From positions 404,741 to 468,740 of the forward strand of contig JAHFLL010000001.1 of the NCBI GenBank assembly GCA_023244895.1: DNA of 64,000 nucleotides, read 5' to 3'. The translations under genes were made by a program, and so were the position numbers. The stretch comes from Candidatus Liptonbacteria bacterium. GTDB lineage: Bacteria > Patescibacteriota > Minisyncoccia > UBA6257 > 2-01-FULL-56-20. Below the pieces are notes generated by a model. That model was not told the DNA's origin. It did not search any database and saw only the letters and a program-made list of their open reading frames with translations. This document shows positions 46,001 to 54,858 of the stretch, in pieces (positions within the stretch are counted from its first letter, which is position 1; every line of letters begins with the position of its first letter).

Positions 46001-47275
46001 CTAGGTTCCGTGCTGCCAGGAGGCAAGATATTCCTTCTGCTCCGCGGTTAAGGCATCTATTCCCAGACCCATAGTTTTGAGCTTAAGAGACGCCACGTAT
46101 AGCTCAATCTCGGAATCCACTTCATATACCTGCGGGGAAAGCGAGGCGTGATTTTTAACCATCCACTCCGCCGCCAATGCCTGGGTGGAAAAACTCATAT
46201 CCATAACAGAGGCGGGGTGCCCCTCCGCGGCGGCAAGGTTAATCAAACGCCCTTCCGCCAGAAGATAGATGCGCGCGCTGCCTTTTTCTCCCGTAATTAC
46301 GTATTCGTCCACGAAACGCCGGACATCTTTTCTAACCGAGCTCGCGAGCGCAGCCAAATCTTTAACATTCACCTCCACGTCAAAGTGACCGGAGTTGCAA
46401 ACTACCGCTCCATCTTTCATCAAACGGAAGTGATCTTTGGTCAAAACATTTATATTACCGGTTACGGTGCAAAAGATATCGCCAATCGGGGCGGCGGTCT
46501 GCATAGGCATTACCCGAAAGCCGTCCATCGCGGCCTCCAACGCTTTTATGGGATCCACCTCGGTTACTATCACCTGAGCGCTCATACCCCGCGCGCGCAA
46601 GGCAAGTCCCCGCCCGCACCAGCCATAACCGGCAATCACAAAATTCTTACCCGCGATTAAGGCGTCGGTCGCACGAATTATTCCGTCCAGGGTGGACTGG
46701 CCCGTGCCGTAACGATTATCAAAAAGATTTTTAGTCTTGGCATCATTTACCGCCACAACCGGAATGCGCAAAGCGCCGTCTTTAGCCATGGCTCGCAAAC
46801 GGATAACCCCGGTAGTTGTTTCCTCCATGCTGCCCCATAATTTCGCGAGCTCGCTCGGAAATTCATTATGAATAGTGGAAACGAGGTCAGCGCCGTCGTC
46901 CATCGTAATTTGAGGCTGGTGCGCGATAGCGGTTTTGATGTGCGAAAAGAACGTGTCACGATCCTCGCCTCGAATGGCGTATACCCGAATGCCATAATCC
47001 TGCACTAAGCTGGCCGCCACGTCATCTTGAGTGGAAAGCGGATTGGAGGCACACAAAAGAACATCCGCTCCGCCTACTTTGAGCGCCCGCGCCAAATTCG
47101 CGGTTTCCGCGGTAACGTGCAGGCAAAGCGACATCTTGGTATCCCTAAAAGGCTGCTCCTTTTCAAAGCGCGCGTAAGTTTCGGCTAAAACGGGCATGTC
47201 TCGCTCCGCCCATTCAATTCGTTTCTTACCCTGAGAGGCAAGGCTTATATCTTTTATGTCGTAGTCCATAGGCAA
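46001..47275 (-). CDS. ahcY: Adenosylhomocysteinase
   Basis: 424 aa with the SAH-hydrolase pattern, including the NAD-binding region GYGWCGRG. Confidence 0.9.
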   Translation of the reverse strand: MPMDYDIKDISLASQGKKRIEWAERDMPVLAETYARFEKEQPFRDTKMSLCLHVTAETANLARALKVGGADVLLCASNPLSTQDDVAASLVQDYGIRVYAIRGEDRDTFFSHIKTAIAHQPQITMDDGADLVSTIHNEFPSELAKLWGSMEETTTGVIRLRAMAKDGALRIPVVAVNDAKTKNLFDNRYGTGQSTLDGIIRATDALIAGKNFVIAGYGWCGRGLALRARGMSAQVIVTEVDPIKALEAAMDGFRVMPMQTAAPIGDIFCTVTGNINVLTKDHFRLMKDGAVVCNSGHFDVEVNVKDLAALASSVRKDVRRFVDEYVITGEKGSARIYLLAEGRLINLAAAEGHPASVMDMSFSTQALAAEWMVKNHASLSPQVYEVDSEIELYVASLKLKTMGLGIDALTAEQKEYLASWQHGT

Positions 47276-47308
47276 TCAGTTTAAAGGAAGATTGGCGTAA
47301 AATCCAGA

Positions 47309-48247
47309 TTAAGCGGGCAACTCCTCGCTAAAATTCTGCGCATAGCGCGCCCGCGCTTCCGCTAGAGTTAGACTATATTCCTGAGTGCCGTTTACTTCTA
47401 CCGCATAGGCAGAGATAACACTCGCAAACCGTCCTACTATTTCCAAGGGCCAAGCCATAATAAGCCCCTTAATAAATCCAGCGCGATAAGCGTCGCCTGC
47501 CCCGGTTGGATCTATTGCCGCATCTACCCGCGCGCAAGGAATATCTATTGTTTTCTCCCGGGTGCGAATGCGAGAACCTTCCTTGCCCAGAGTAGTGATA
47601 ATCATTTCCGCATATTTTAAAATATCCTCCTCGCTCCAGCCTGTTTTCTGAAGCACCAACGACAATTCATAATCATTTGAGATTAAAGCCTTGGCGCCGG
47701 TTATACCATTTTTTATCTCCTCCCCGGAAAGCGCGGCGATTTGCTGGCTGGGGTCAAAAATAAATGAAATGTTTTTCTCGCGGTACATGCCGGGCAAACG
47801 GCGCATATCTTCAATATTGCCGGGAGAAATAATTGCTAATGCTTGCGTGGGAATATCGTCCGGCGTCACCTCGCAGGAATGAGCCATCGCGCCGATAGAA
47901 AGAGCTGCAATTTGATTGTCGGCGTTATCGGTCATAATGTGAGAAACGGTAGTAGTTTTCTCGGGAACGATTTTCACGAGGCTCAGATCCACTCCCACGC
48001 GCGACAGCCAGTCGCGATAACGTTCAAAGTCCCGCCCGGCACAAGCGAGAATCAGCGGTTGTTCTTCTAAGAGAGCCAAGCCGTAAGCAATATTGCCGGC
48101 GGTTCCGCCAAAATGCTCCTCTAAATTTTCGGCTACAAAACTAAGGTTTAAGGTGTGGATTTTACCCGGCATAATATGGTCGCTGAAACAGCCGGCATAT
48201 TCCATTATCTTGTCGTAAGCGATTGAGCCAGAAACTAATACGCGCAT
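47309..48247 (-). CDS. PfkB-family carbohydrate/nucleoside kinase (possibly adenosine kinase)
   Basis: 312 aa with DPTGAGDAYRAGF, adjacent to ahcY. Confidence 0.75.
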   Translation of the reverse strand: MRVLVSGSIAYDKIMEYAGCFSDHIMPGKIHTLNLSFVAENLEEHFGGTAGNIAYGLALLEEQPLILACAGRDFERYRDWLSRVGVDLSLVKIVPEKTTTVSHIMTDNADNQIAALSIGAMAHSCEVTPDDIPTQALAIISPGNIEDMRRLPGMYREKNISFIFDPSQQIAALSGEEIKNGITGAKALISNDYELSLVLQKTGWSEEDILKYAEMIITTLGKEGSRIRTREKTIDIPCARVDAAIDPTGAGDAYRAGFIKGLIMAWPLEIVGRFASVISAYAVEVNGTQEYSLTLAEARARYAQNFSEELPA

Positions 48248-48317
48248 ATAAAGCTAATACTAAGCGCGCCCAGCTCAATTTGCAATTTCATCCACATCTT
48301 AAAATGTATTGAATGCT

Positions 48318-48410
48318 CGCTCTCCTCCCCTGGCTACCACTTTCTACTTTGCACATTCCACCTTCTGTCTTCTAACTTCTACCCGCTACTTACTACCTAC
48401 TGTCCTATCA
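48318..48410. repeat. G-depleted (CTAC/CTTCTA) tract in divergent promoter region
   Basis: Plus strand reads CCACTTTCTACTTTGCACATTCCACCTTCTGTCTTCTAACTTCTACCCGCTACTTACTACCTACTG. Same family as the other GTAG tracts. Confidence 0.4.
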
Positions 48411-48425
48411 TGTATAATGCTTTTC

Positions 48426-49193
48426 ATGCGCTTAAAGCTTATATCTCTCAATCTCTGGCAGGGCGGGAAGCTCTGGCAAGAGATCGTTGATTTCTTGGAG
48501 AGAGAAAAGCCCGATATTTTAGCCCTGCAAGAGGTCTATGAATCCAGAGAGCCCCATCCGGAACAGAGATATAGATCCATGACAAAACTACAGGAAGCCC
48601 TGCCTTATCTATCTTTCTATCAATTCGCCCCCACCCTCACGGGACTGTCCCTAGATGGTGTGCCATACAGAGAAGGCAATGCCGTCTTTAGCAAGTTCGA
48701 GCTGAAACAAAGGGGTGTTCATTTCTTTGATGTGCCTTATGGAGAATTTGATTATGCAGGCACGGCGTTTGATCCCGCCCGTGCACCCCGCAACATTCAA
48801 CACGTCGTAGCGGATATAAACGGAACCGATCTGAATATTTTTAATCTACAGGGTATTTGGGGCAAAAATGAGCTAGATAACGAGAGAAGGATGAATATGG
48901 GGAAAACCGTTGCCAAACTTGTAGCCGGCAGAGAACATGCTCTTCTCTGTGGGGACTTTAATGTGGATATTAAAACTCGAAGCATCGCCCAAATAGAGGA
49001 GGCTGGACTCGTAAACATATTTAAAGGCAAGATTGAGTCCAGCATGAATACTCTGCGCCGGCCACAAGAGATATTCGGTAAGATAACTCCAGACACGATT
49101 TTTATAAGCCCCGACCTGAAACTAATTTCCGCGGATTGCCCCAAGGTGGACATATCCGATCATTTGCCCCAGATAATTACCTTTGAAATTTAG
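48426..49193 (+). CDS. Endonuclease/exonuclease/phosphatase (EEP) family protein
   Basis: Start at MRLKLISLNLWQGG with TATAAT just upstream. EEP motifs (ILALQEV, CGDFN, SDHLP). Confidence 0.65.
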   Translation: MRLKLISLNLWQGGKLWQEIVDFLEREKPDILALQEVYESREPHPEQRYRSMTKLQEALPYLSFYQFAPTLTGLSLDGVPYREGNAVFSKFELKQRGVHFFDVPYGEFDYAGTAFDPARAPRNIQHVVADINGTDLNIFNLQGIWGKNELDNERRMNMGKTVAKLVAGREHALLCGDFNVDIKTRSIAQIEEAGLVNIFKGKIESSMNTLRRPQEIFGKITPDTIFISPDLKLISADCPKVDISDHLPQIITFEI

Positions 49194-49206
49194 ACCGGGC
49201 CTTGAA

Positions 49207-49240
49207 AACAAAACACCCCGCAAAGCGGGGTGTTTTGTTT
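49207..49240. terminator. Bidirectional intrinsic terminator
   Basis: AAAACACCCCGCAAAGCGGGGTGTTTTGTTT. Confidence 0.55.
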
Positions 49241-49253
49241 CTACCAATTTTAC

Positions 49254-49556
49254 TTAGTAGCTGGAGCCTTGACCACGACCACCGAATTCACGGCGGGGGG
49301 CACGAGCCTCCAAAGGACGGGCCTCGTTGACGGTTAAGCGGCGACCTTCGAAATCCTTACCATTCCACATTTCGATTGCCTTCGCAGCGTCAGCGTCATT
49401 GACCATCTCGACGAAACCAAACCCACGGGAGCGGTTGGTCATCTTGTCCATGATTATGGACGCGGATGCAACCTCTCCAGCCTGGGCAAAAGCCTCGCGC
49501 AAGCTGTCCTCGGTGGTGCTGTAGGGCAAACCACCAATATATAGCTTTGTAGCCAT
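49254..49556 (-). CDS. RRM-domain RNA-binding protein
   Basis: 100 aa with RNP-2 (LYIGGL) and RNP-1 (RGFGFVEM) and an RGG tail. Confidence 0.8.
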   Translation of the reverse strand: MATKLYIGGLPYSTTEDSLREAFAQAGEVASASIIMDKMTNRSRGFGFVEMVNDADAAKAIEMWNGKDFEGRRLTVNEARPLEARAPRREFGGRGQGSSY

Positions 49557-49722
49557 TTTGTGCTGTATTTTTAATCTTCGTGTAAGTCGACTTGTTTATT
49601 ACTTTCTCTCTGCTGATTCACACGAAGACCAACAAACGGCTCCGCGAACTGCTTGTGAGAAGAATTCTTACAGCTCTCGTATTATACCATTTGGCTTAAA
49701 TTAATGCAAATACCCTATTTAG

Positions 49723-51531
49723 CTATATTTTACCTAGCTTCCTAGCCAACGCCTCAGCTTCACTAAGCAGTCTTTCTATCTCATTTAAACCCTCGTGCCA
49801 GAAGTCCGCGCGAGTAATATCTACGCCCAAATCCGCGAAGATATCCTGGGGAGACTTAGAAATACCCGCAGAAAGAAACCTTTTCACGGCTTCAATCCTG
49901 GTCTTGTCTTTACGCACTTGAGCCTGCAAAGATTTTGATATCAGGAGCCCGGTCGCATAGGAATAAACATAAAAGAAGCTGCGAATATGGCTCCAGTAGA
50001 CCCACCAATTTTCGGAACCGGGAGATTGCTCCACCGCCTCGCCCATATAGTCTGCCATATGTTTCTGGAAAATCTGCCCGATCTCAATATGGGATAAATA
50101 TCCTTTTTCTCGAAAAGTTTTGTGAAGTTCTTGCTCAAAACGGTAACAGGCCGCCTGGCGGAAGATACTGGAGACATCATCATTCAACTTAGTGAGCATC
50201 ATGGCCAGGCGCAACTCCTCATCCGCTTCTTTCTCTATACGTTCCAGCACGAAGTCTTCCATAAAAGTACTAGCCACTTCCGCGCTGGCGGTAGAAGTCC
50301 CGAAATAGACTCCTTTCTGCTCCGGGCGCATCAGTTCGTTGTTAATCGCGTGCCCCATCTCATGCGCTAAGGTCATTACGTCGTTTAGGCGGTCAGTGTG
50401 ATTTAAAAGCACATATGTCGGCTGGCTGACTAGAAGATGGGAGCAAAAGGCGCCATTGTGCTTGCCCTTCCCCGGGAAAACATCTATCTGACCATTCTCT
50501 AGTAACCGTTCTAATATTTCGGGAAAGGCCGGATCCAGTCCGCTGAAGACATCTTTAACCAACCCCACCGCCTCCCCAAAAGTATATTTTTTATCCGCCT
50601 CGCCATAAGGCACGTTGCGTTCGTGGTATGCGAGCTTAGGCACACCCATTAATTTCGCCCGTAAGGCGTAATAATCACGGGAGATTTGAAAATGGTTCCG
50701 AATGGTTTCTATCGCCACATCTACCACCACGGTAGAGATGTCGTCGTGCACGTGACGCAGAGTATCCGGGCGCTCCACTCCGCGTAATTCATCATCGCTC
50801 TTCTTATTATCTAAGACCGCGTTTATCTCCGCCTCCGCCACATCCAGATGTTTTACAAAAATATTATTCAACGCCTGCGCCGCGGAGTCGCGTACCGGTT
50901 TTTCAATATTGTTCGCGAGGCTGGTTAGCTCCGAAAAATTTGCCTTCTTTCTGTTTCCCTCTTTGTCTACTAAAACCTCAGCTTCTTCTTTGGAAATCAA
51001 GCCAGACACCATCCTGACCCACTGGCCGTAAGCGGGCGAGGATTTGAAGTCCATGATTCTCTCTTCCGGTTCGGAAAGCAAATATTTGCCTTCCGCAAAC
51101 AATCTTTCCAAAAAATGCCTAAAATATGAAAGCTCCGACGCCGTGAGCATGCGCGCTTGCGCGTCCGGCTCTATCTTGGAAATCCTTAGCTCAAAAAAGC
51201 GCACCTCATCCGCGATTTTGCGCGCGAATTCTTCCGCCTGGTTTAGTTTCGCCTTAAGCTCCGAAGAATTCTGGTCCTGCTCCGCCCTTAACCAAAAATA
51301 ATAAGCTTCATCCCCGCCTTGTCCGCAAGAATTTTGCCAAGCTTCATATTCCGTAAGCGCTTGCGCTAGCGCCTTCGGGTCAGAGAGGTAGTCTTCGCGA
51401 TTTTTCCAAGCCTGCACAAATCCAGCCGTTTTGGCCTGTATCTCTTTACGCTTAGCTTCTTTCGCCGGGTCATCATCCGACACAAGGAGCGGGCTCAGGT
51501 CCCAGGTGGTTTTTATGTCTTTTTCTGTCAT
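49723..51531 (-). CDS. pepF: Oligoendopeptidase F (M3B)
   Basis: 602 aa with HEMGHAINNE (HExxH) and the downstream Glu. Confidence 0.8.
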   Translation of the reverse strand: MTEKDIKTTWDLSPLLVSDDDPAKEAKRKEIQAKTAGFVQAWKNREDYLSDPKALAQALTEYEAWQNSCGQGGDEAYYFWLRAEQDQNSSELKAKLNQAEEFARKIADEVRFFELRISKIEPDAQARMLTASELSYFRHFLERLFAEGKYLLSEPEERIMDFKSSPAYGQWVRMVSGLISKEEAEVLVDKEGNRKKANFSELTSLANNIEKPVRDSAAQALNNIFVKHLDVAEAEINAVLDNKKSDDELRGVERPDTLRHVHDDISTVVVDVAIETIRNHFQISRDYYALRAKLMGVPKLAYHERNVPYGEADKKYTFGEAVGLVKDVFSGLDPAFPEILERLLENGQIDVFPGKGKHNGAFCSHLLVSQPTYVLLNHTDRLNDVMTLAHEMGHAINNELMRPEQKGVYFGTSTASAEVASTFMEDFVLERIEKEADEELRLAMMLTKLNDDVSSIFRQAACYRFEQELHKTFREKGYLSHIEIGQIFQKHMADYMGEAVEQSPGSENWWVYWSHIRSFFYVYSYATGLLISKSLQAQVRKDKTRIEAVKRFLSAGISKSPQDIFADLGVDITRADFWHEGLNEIERLLSEAEALARKLGKI

Positions 51532-51565
51532 CTTTATTTTATATTTACCTACTACATACTACTTT

Positions 51566-51736
51566 CTACTTACTGTTCAACACTTTCTGTTCTACTCCAC
51601 ACCAGGGACAAAACCAGGCATTGCGCTTGGGCGCGTCAGCTATGGACCACCATTTATTACACTTCCCGCAACGAAAATGAGAAATCTGCTCCAATGAAAT
51701 TCTGCCCTGTAGTTTCTTCTTGTCTTCTGTTTTCAT
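51566..51736 (-). CDS. Possible small zinc-ribbon protein (CGKCNKWW...CPWCG)
   Basis: Internal Met start. The 3' end runs into the purine-rich tract upstream of pepF. Weak call. Confidence 0.25.
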   Translation of the reverse strand: MKTEDKKKLQGRISLEQISHFRCGKCNKWWSIADAPKRNAWFCPWCGVEQKVLNSK

Positions 51737-51737
51737 T

Positions 51738-52283
51738 CTATCTGACGATGTATTCAAATAAATTTCCTCTGTCCAATTTGAATCTTTTAGTGACGCCAAG
51801 AGATGGCTGGATCGCAAAGCTTTCCCCGGGTCTACGCTCCGCGTAATTAACTTCAATTACACCATCTTTGATAGATATGTTCTGAGGCGCGATTCTATCA
51901 CCCAAAAGAAGAGAGTTTGTGCCTCTCGCACCGGTATTTGTATTCAAGGCAGAAGAAACATAGAAGAAGGTTCCGCTACCACCCGAATCTTGGGTTAACA
52001 TAACCGCCGAATCCTCTTTGCCGTCGCTATCTAAATCTCCCAGGGCTGGCTCTCCAAATATGCGCGTAATTATCTTGCTCGCGGAACCCGGCGCGGCTTC
52101 TTGCTCCAAGACTCCGTTCTTCAGAGGATAAAGCAAGTTCTCTATGGTGTAGGTTGCATTTTTCGGCTCAAAAAGAGTTGCGGAGTTGTCCGGAGCTATG
52201 CTCGGCCCTGTTCCGTTCCAGTAATAGAACATCGCGGCCACAACCACCACAAAAGCGCCAACAACCATAACTTTTTTCGTCAT
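51738..52283 (-). CDS. Membrane-anchored hypothetical protein
   Basis: 181 aa with an N-terminal TM anchor. Confidence 0.4.
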   Translation of the reverse strand: MTKKVMVVGAFVVVVAAMFYYWNGTGPSIAPDNSATLFEPKNATYTIENLLYPLKNGVLEQEAAPGSASKIITRIFGEPALGDLDSDGKEDSAVMLTQDSGGSGTFFYVSSALNTNTGARGTNSLLLGDRIAPQNISIKDGVIEVNYAERRPGESFAIQPSLGVTKRFKLDRGNLFEYIVR

Positions 52284-52323
52284 GCACTAATAATAAGACC
52301 CTGCGGAGATCTGGGCAAATCAG

Positions 52324-52722
52324 CTAGTAAGACTTTCTAAAATTGGTCCATAGTCTTTGTGGCCAACTCTTACCCATGAAAAATAACGCCAAATCTATTT
52401 CTTCAATAATTCTTTTATTCCCCATCCACCCCTCTTGAGACTTTAGCCCGATGAGTATTCTTTTCGAAACTGGATAATAAGCTGAAAAATTTCTCAATTC
52501 GTATATAATAGCTATCTGTCTATCAAGTTTTATTTTTCTATCTGGCTGCAACTGCTCGTTTACCAGCTCGTCTATCAACTTATGATATATATTAAAACGT
52601 TTATCTTTTAGATAATCTCTAAATTTCCATAACGCCCAAAAGCCAGCCATTATTAAAGACAGCGCTCCTATGCCGCCAGAATGAATATCTAAAAAATTTA
52701 GGATGTCATTCACGTTAAACAT
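52324..52722 (-). CDS. Hypothetical membrane protein
   Basis: Start probably at internal MFNVND, just after the lexA stop. Confidence 0.35.
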   Translation of the reverse strand: MFNVNDILNFLDIHSGGIGALSLIMAGFWALWKFRDYLKDKRFNIYHKLIDELVNEQLQPDRKIKLDRQIAIIYELRNFSAYYPVSKRILIGLKSQEGWMGNKRIIEEIDLALFFMGKSWPQRLWTNFRKSY

Positions 52723-52723
52723 G

Positions 52724-53404
52724 CTAATTAGTTGAGTACAACGGCACCACTTCCAAGTCGCCCTTTTGGGGAGCGCGCACAATATCTATGACCTTGCCGA
52801 AAATTTGAAAGTTGCGATTTACGATTATCGGCTTATATTGCGGGTCGGAAGAAACCGGGTGCAAGATGATGGCGTTATTCGCGAACTGAATCTTCTTTAT
52901 AACCGCGAAACCGTCAATTATTGCCACCACTAAATCTTCCTCATAGATGGCCTGAGTCATCTCCACTAAGACATAGTCGTTCTCGTTTATGCCCGCGTCT
53001 TTCATAGAATCGCCCACCGCGCGAATACCAACCACATTATCTTTGCGCCGCCCTTGGAGCATTTCGCTCGCCACGCATAAAAACTCATCAAAAGAACTTT
53101 GCGCGAAGACGTTCACGTTATCGCAACCCGCGGAAGCGATAACCGGAATTTCTACTTCTTCCTTGGGCTTATCGTTTTCCAACTCCAGCACACGAATACC
53201 ACGCCGCTCGTAGCGGGAACGCTGGATTAGGCCCTTCTTTTCCAAAACCATTAGATATTGAGAAATACTGCGCGGAGAAGACAACTTCAAGGAACGCGCC
53301 ATTTCTTGAATGGTGGGCGCCTCGCCGTGCCTATCCGCATAGCTTTTTAGGACCTCGTAAAACTTTCTTTGTTTTTCCGTCAGCGTTGAGATTATTTTGT
53401 TCAT
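52724..53404 (-). CDS. lexA: LexA repressor
   Basis: 226 aa with an N-terminal wHTH, an S24 domain carrying GDSM (the Ser of the dyad) and the downstream Lys. Confidence 0.85.
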   Translation of the reverse strand: MNKIISTLTEKQRKFYEVLKSYADRHGEAPTIQEMARSLKLSSPRSISQYLMVLEKKGLIQRSRYERRGIRVLELENDKPKEEVEIPVIASAGCDNVNVFAQSSFDEFLCVASEMLQGRRKDNVVGIRAVGDSMKDAGINENDYVLVEMTQAIYEEDLVVAIIDGFAVIKKIQFANNAIILHPVSSDPQYKPIIVNRNFQIFGKVIDIVRAPQKGDLEVVPLYSTN

Positions 53405-53412
53405 GCTTAAAT

Positions 53413-53425
53413 TGTATTACATACA
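53413..53425. promoter_or_regulatory. Candidate SOS box palindrome TGTAT-TAC-ATACA upstream of lexA
   Basis: Read directly from the sequence. A second ATACATTA half-site-like element lies about 20 nt away. Confidence 0.3.
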
Positions 53426-53526
53426 TTACTCTCGTCAATATATACATTATATATATTACCCGGGCCAAAAAGCCCGTATTTCCTAGCTTATTTCTCCCCT
53501 CCTAAAAGTTATCCACAGCCTTAGAG

Positions 53527-53967
53527 CTACTGAATCTTATTGTCTTCCAAATATTTTATCGCTACCTCGGCACCCTCTATGGAAATTATTTTGTGCTTGT
53601 ACCCGAAAAATTCGGTTATGGATTTCCGAACTTCGTCCGGCAATTCCACACAGCTCTTTCTCGGATCACCAACATCAACCACTATCATCTTATCGTCTCC
53701 ATCCTCCCGACGTAGTAAGCCTATCGGCTCAACCACAACCTCTCCCCCTACGGAATATTTCTTATTAGATATTAACAAAACATCTACCTCATCTTTATCA
53801 TTAGCGTTAAATGTATTCGGTACGTAGCCATAATCGACTGGCATAATGCCATTATTCACCTGTATGACGTCTTTGATCGGACCGATATCCACAAAACCGG
53901 ATTTATCATAACCAAGATGACGCCTGCGATCGTCTCCCTTCGGCATTTCTATAATTACCTTAAACAT
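53527..53967 (-). CDS. Inorganic pyrophosphatase (family I)-like
   Basis: Motifs PVDYGYVP and DKDEVDVLLIS resemble NYGFIPQT and DGDPLDVLV. Start at MFKVII. Confidence 0.55.
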   Translation of the reverse strand: MFKVIIEMPKGDDRRRHLGYDKSGFVDIGPIKDVIQVNNGIMPVDYGYVPNTFNANDKDEVDVLLISNKKYSVGGEVVVEPIGLLRREDGDDKMIVVDVGDPRKSCVELPDEVRKSITEFFGYKHKIISIEGAEVAIKYLEDNKIQ

Positions 53968-53974
53968 GACCAGA

Positions 53975-54565
53975 CTAGTCAGTCTTTTCTCTTTTGACCA
54001 ACCCCTCAAAAGTGATGCGAATATAATCTCCCACCGTCACACCTTTCATCTTGTATATCTGATTGGTGGAAAAAATTCTTTTATCTTCCGGATTAAGACC
54101 GAGCCAGACGATTGCCTCATCAATTTTCTGCCAACTATCTGATTCAATCTCCAAATACGGCTCAAGTTCCGGATAGATGTCTATATCAAACTCCACGCCC
54201 TCCTTAGTCCAGCGGGTGCGTTTATTTTCCACATAATGCTTTTCAATAAATCCGATGCTTAAGAGCAGTTGGGCGGTCTTCTCAAAATCGTTCACGATTA
54301 TTTCCGTCTCCTCCATGCCGTCGTCATTGCCGGTACCGTCATGTTTCTCCGCGCCAAGCCGTTTTTTGAAACTTAGAGTAATTTTTTCGCCCTCATCCCG
54401 CAGACGCAACCAGGAGTGGGCTTTGTCTAGGCGCCAATCCGGATAGTCAAAAACTCGCCGGCGGTAAAAAAAATCGCCCACTTTCTCCGCGCCAACCTCC
54501 AGAAGCTTGGCCTCCAAGCTCGCGAGATTTACATTTAAGAATTTAACCTCTATTTCTTCAGCCAT
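53975..54565 (-). CDS. CYTH-domain (triphosphate tunnel metalloenzyme) protein
   Basis: N-terminal EIEVKF acidic motif. Start at MAEEIEVKF. Confidence 0.6.
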   Translation of the reverse strand: MAEEIEVKFLNVNLASLEAKLLEVGAEKVGDFFYRRRVFDYPDWRLDKAHSWLRLRDEGEKITLSFKKRLGAEKHDGTGNDDGMEETEIIVNDFEKTAQLLLSIGFIEKHYVENKRTRWTKEGVEFDIDIYPELEPYLEIESDSWQKIDEAIVWLGLNPEDKRIFSTNQIYKMKGVTVGDYIRITFEGLVKREKTD

Positions 54566-54858
54566 ATGGATGAGCCAATTATAAATCCAATTCACAAAAA
54601 ATATCCACAGACCGGGAAGTTTGACAGCTTTCTAAAACGGGCAGAATATTAACCTCGCACATTAGAAATATTTTAGGAATCTGGGGAAGCGGGTGTAAAT
54701 CCCGCACAGTGCCGCTACGGTGATCTCGATAATCTTATCGGGAAAGTCCGACTACCAGTCCTAGAACCTTTTGTGTTCCTCGAGCAAGGAACAAACTGAT
54801 TTTGTCCAATCAGGATCCCCTTGCTCTAGCGGGATTTTTTAGTTCCGCGCAGAACAAA

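Noticed and set aside
54600-54800. RNase P RNA or tmRNA
   Set aside because: Only a short GGGAAAGTCCG match. The P4 partner strand, other universally conserved regions and sufficient length are all missing.
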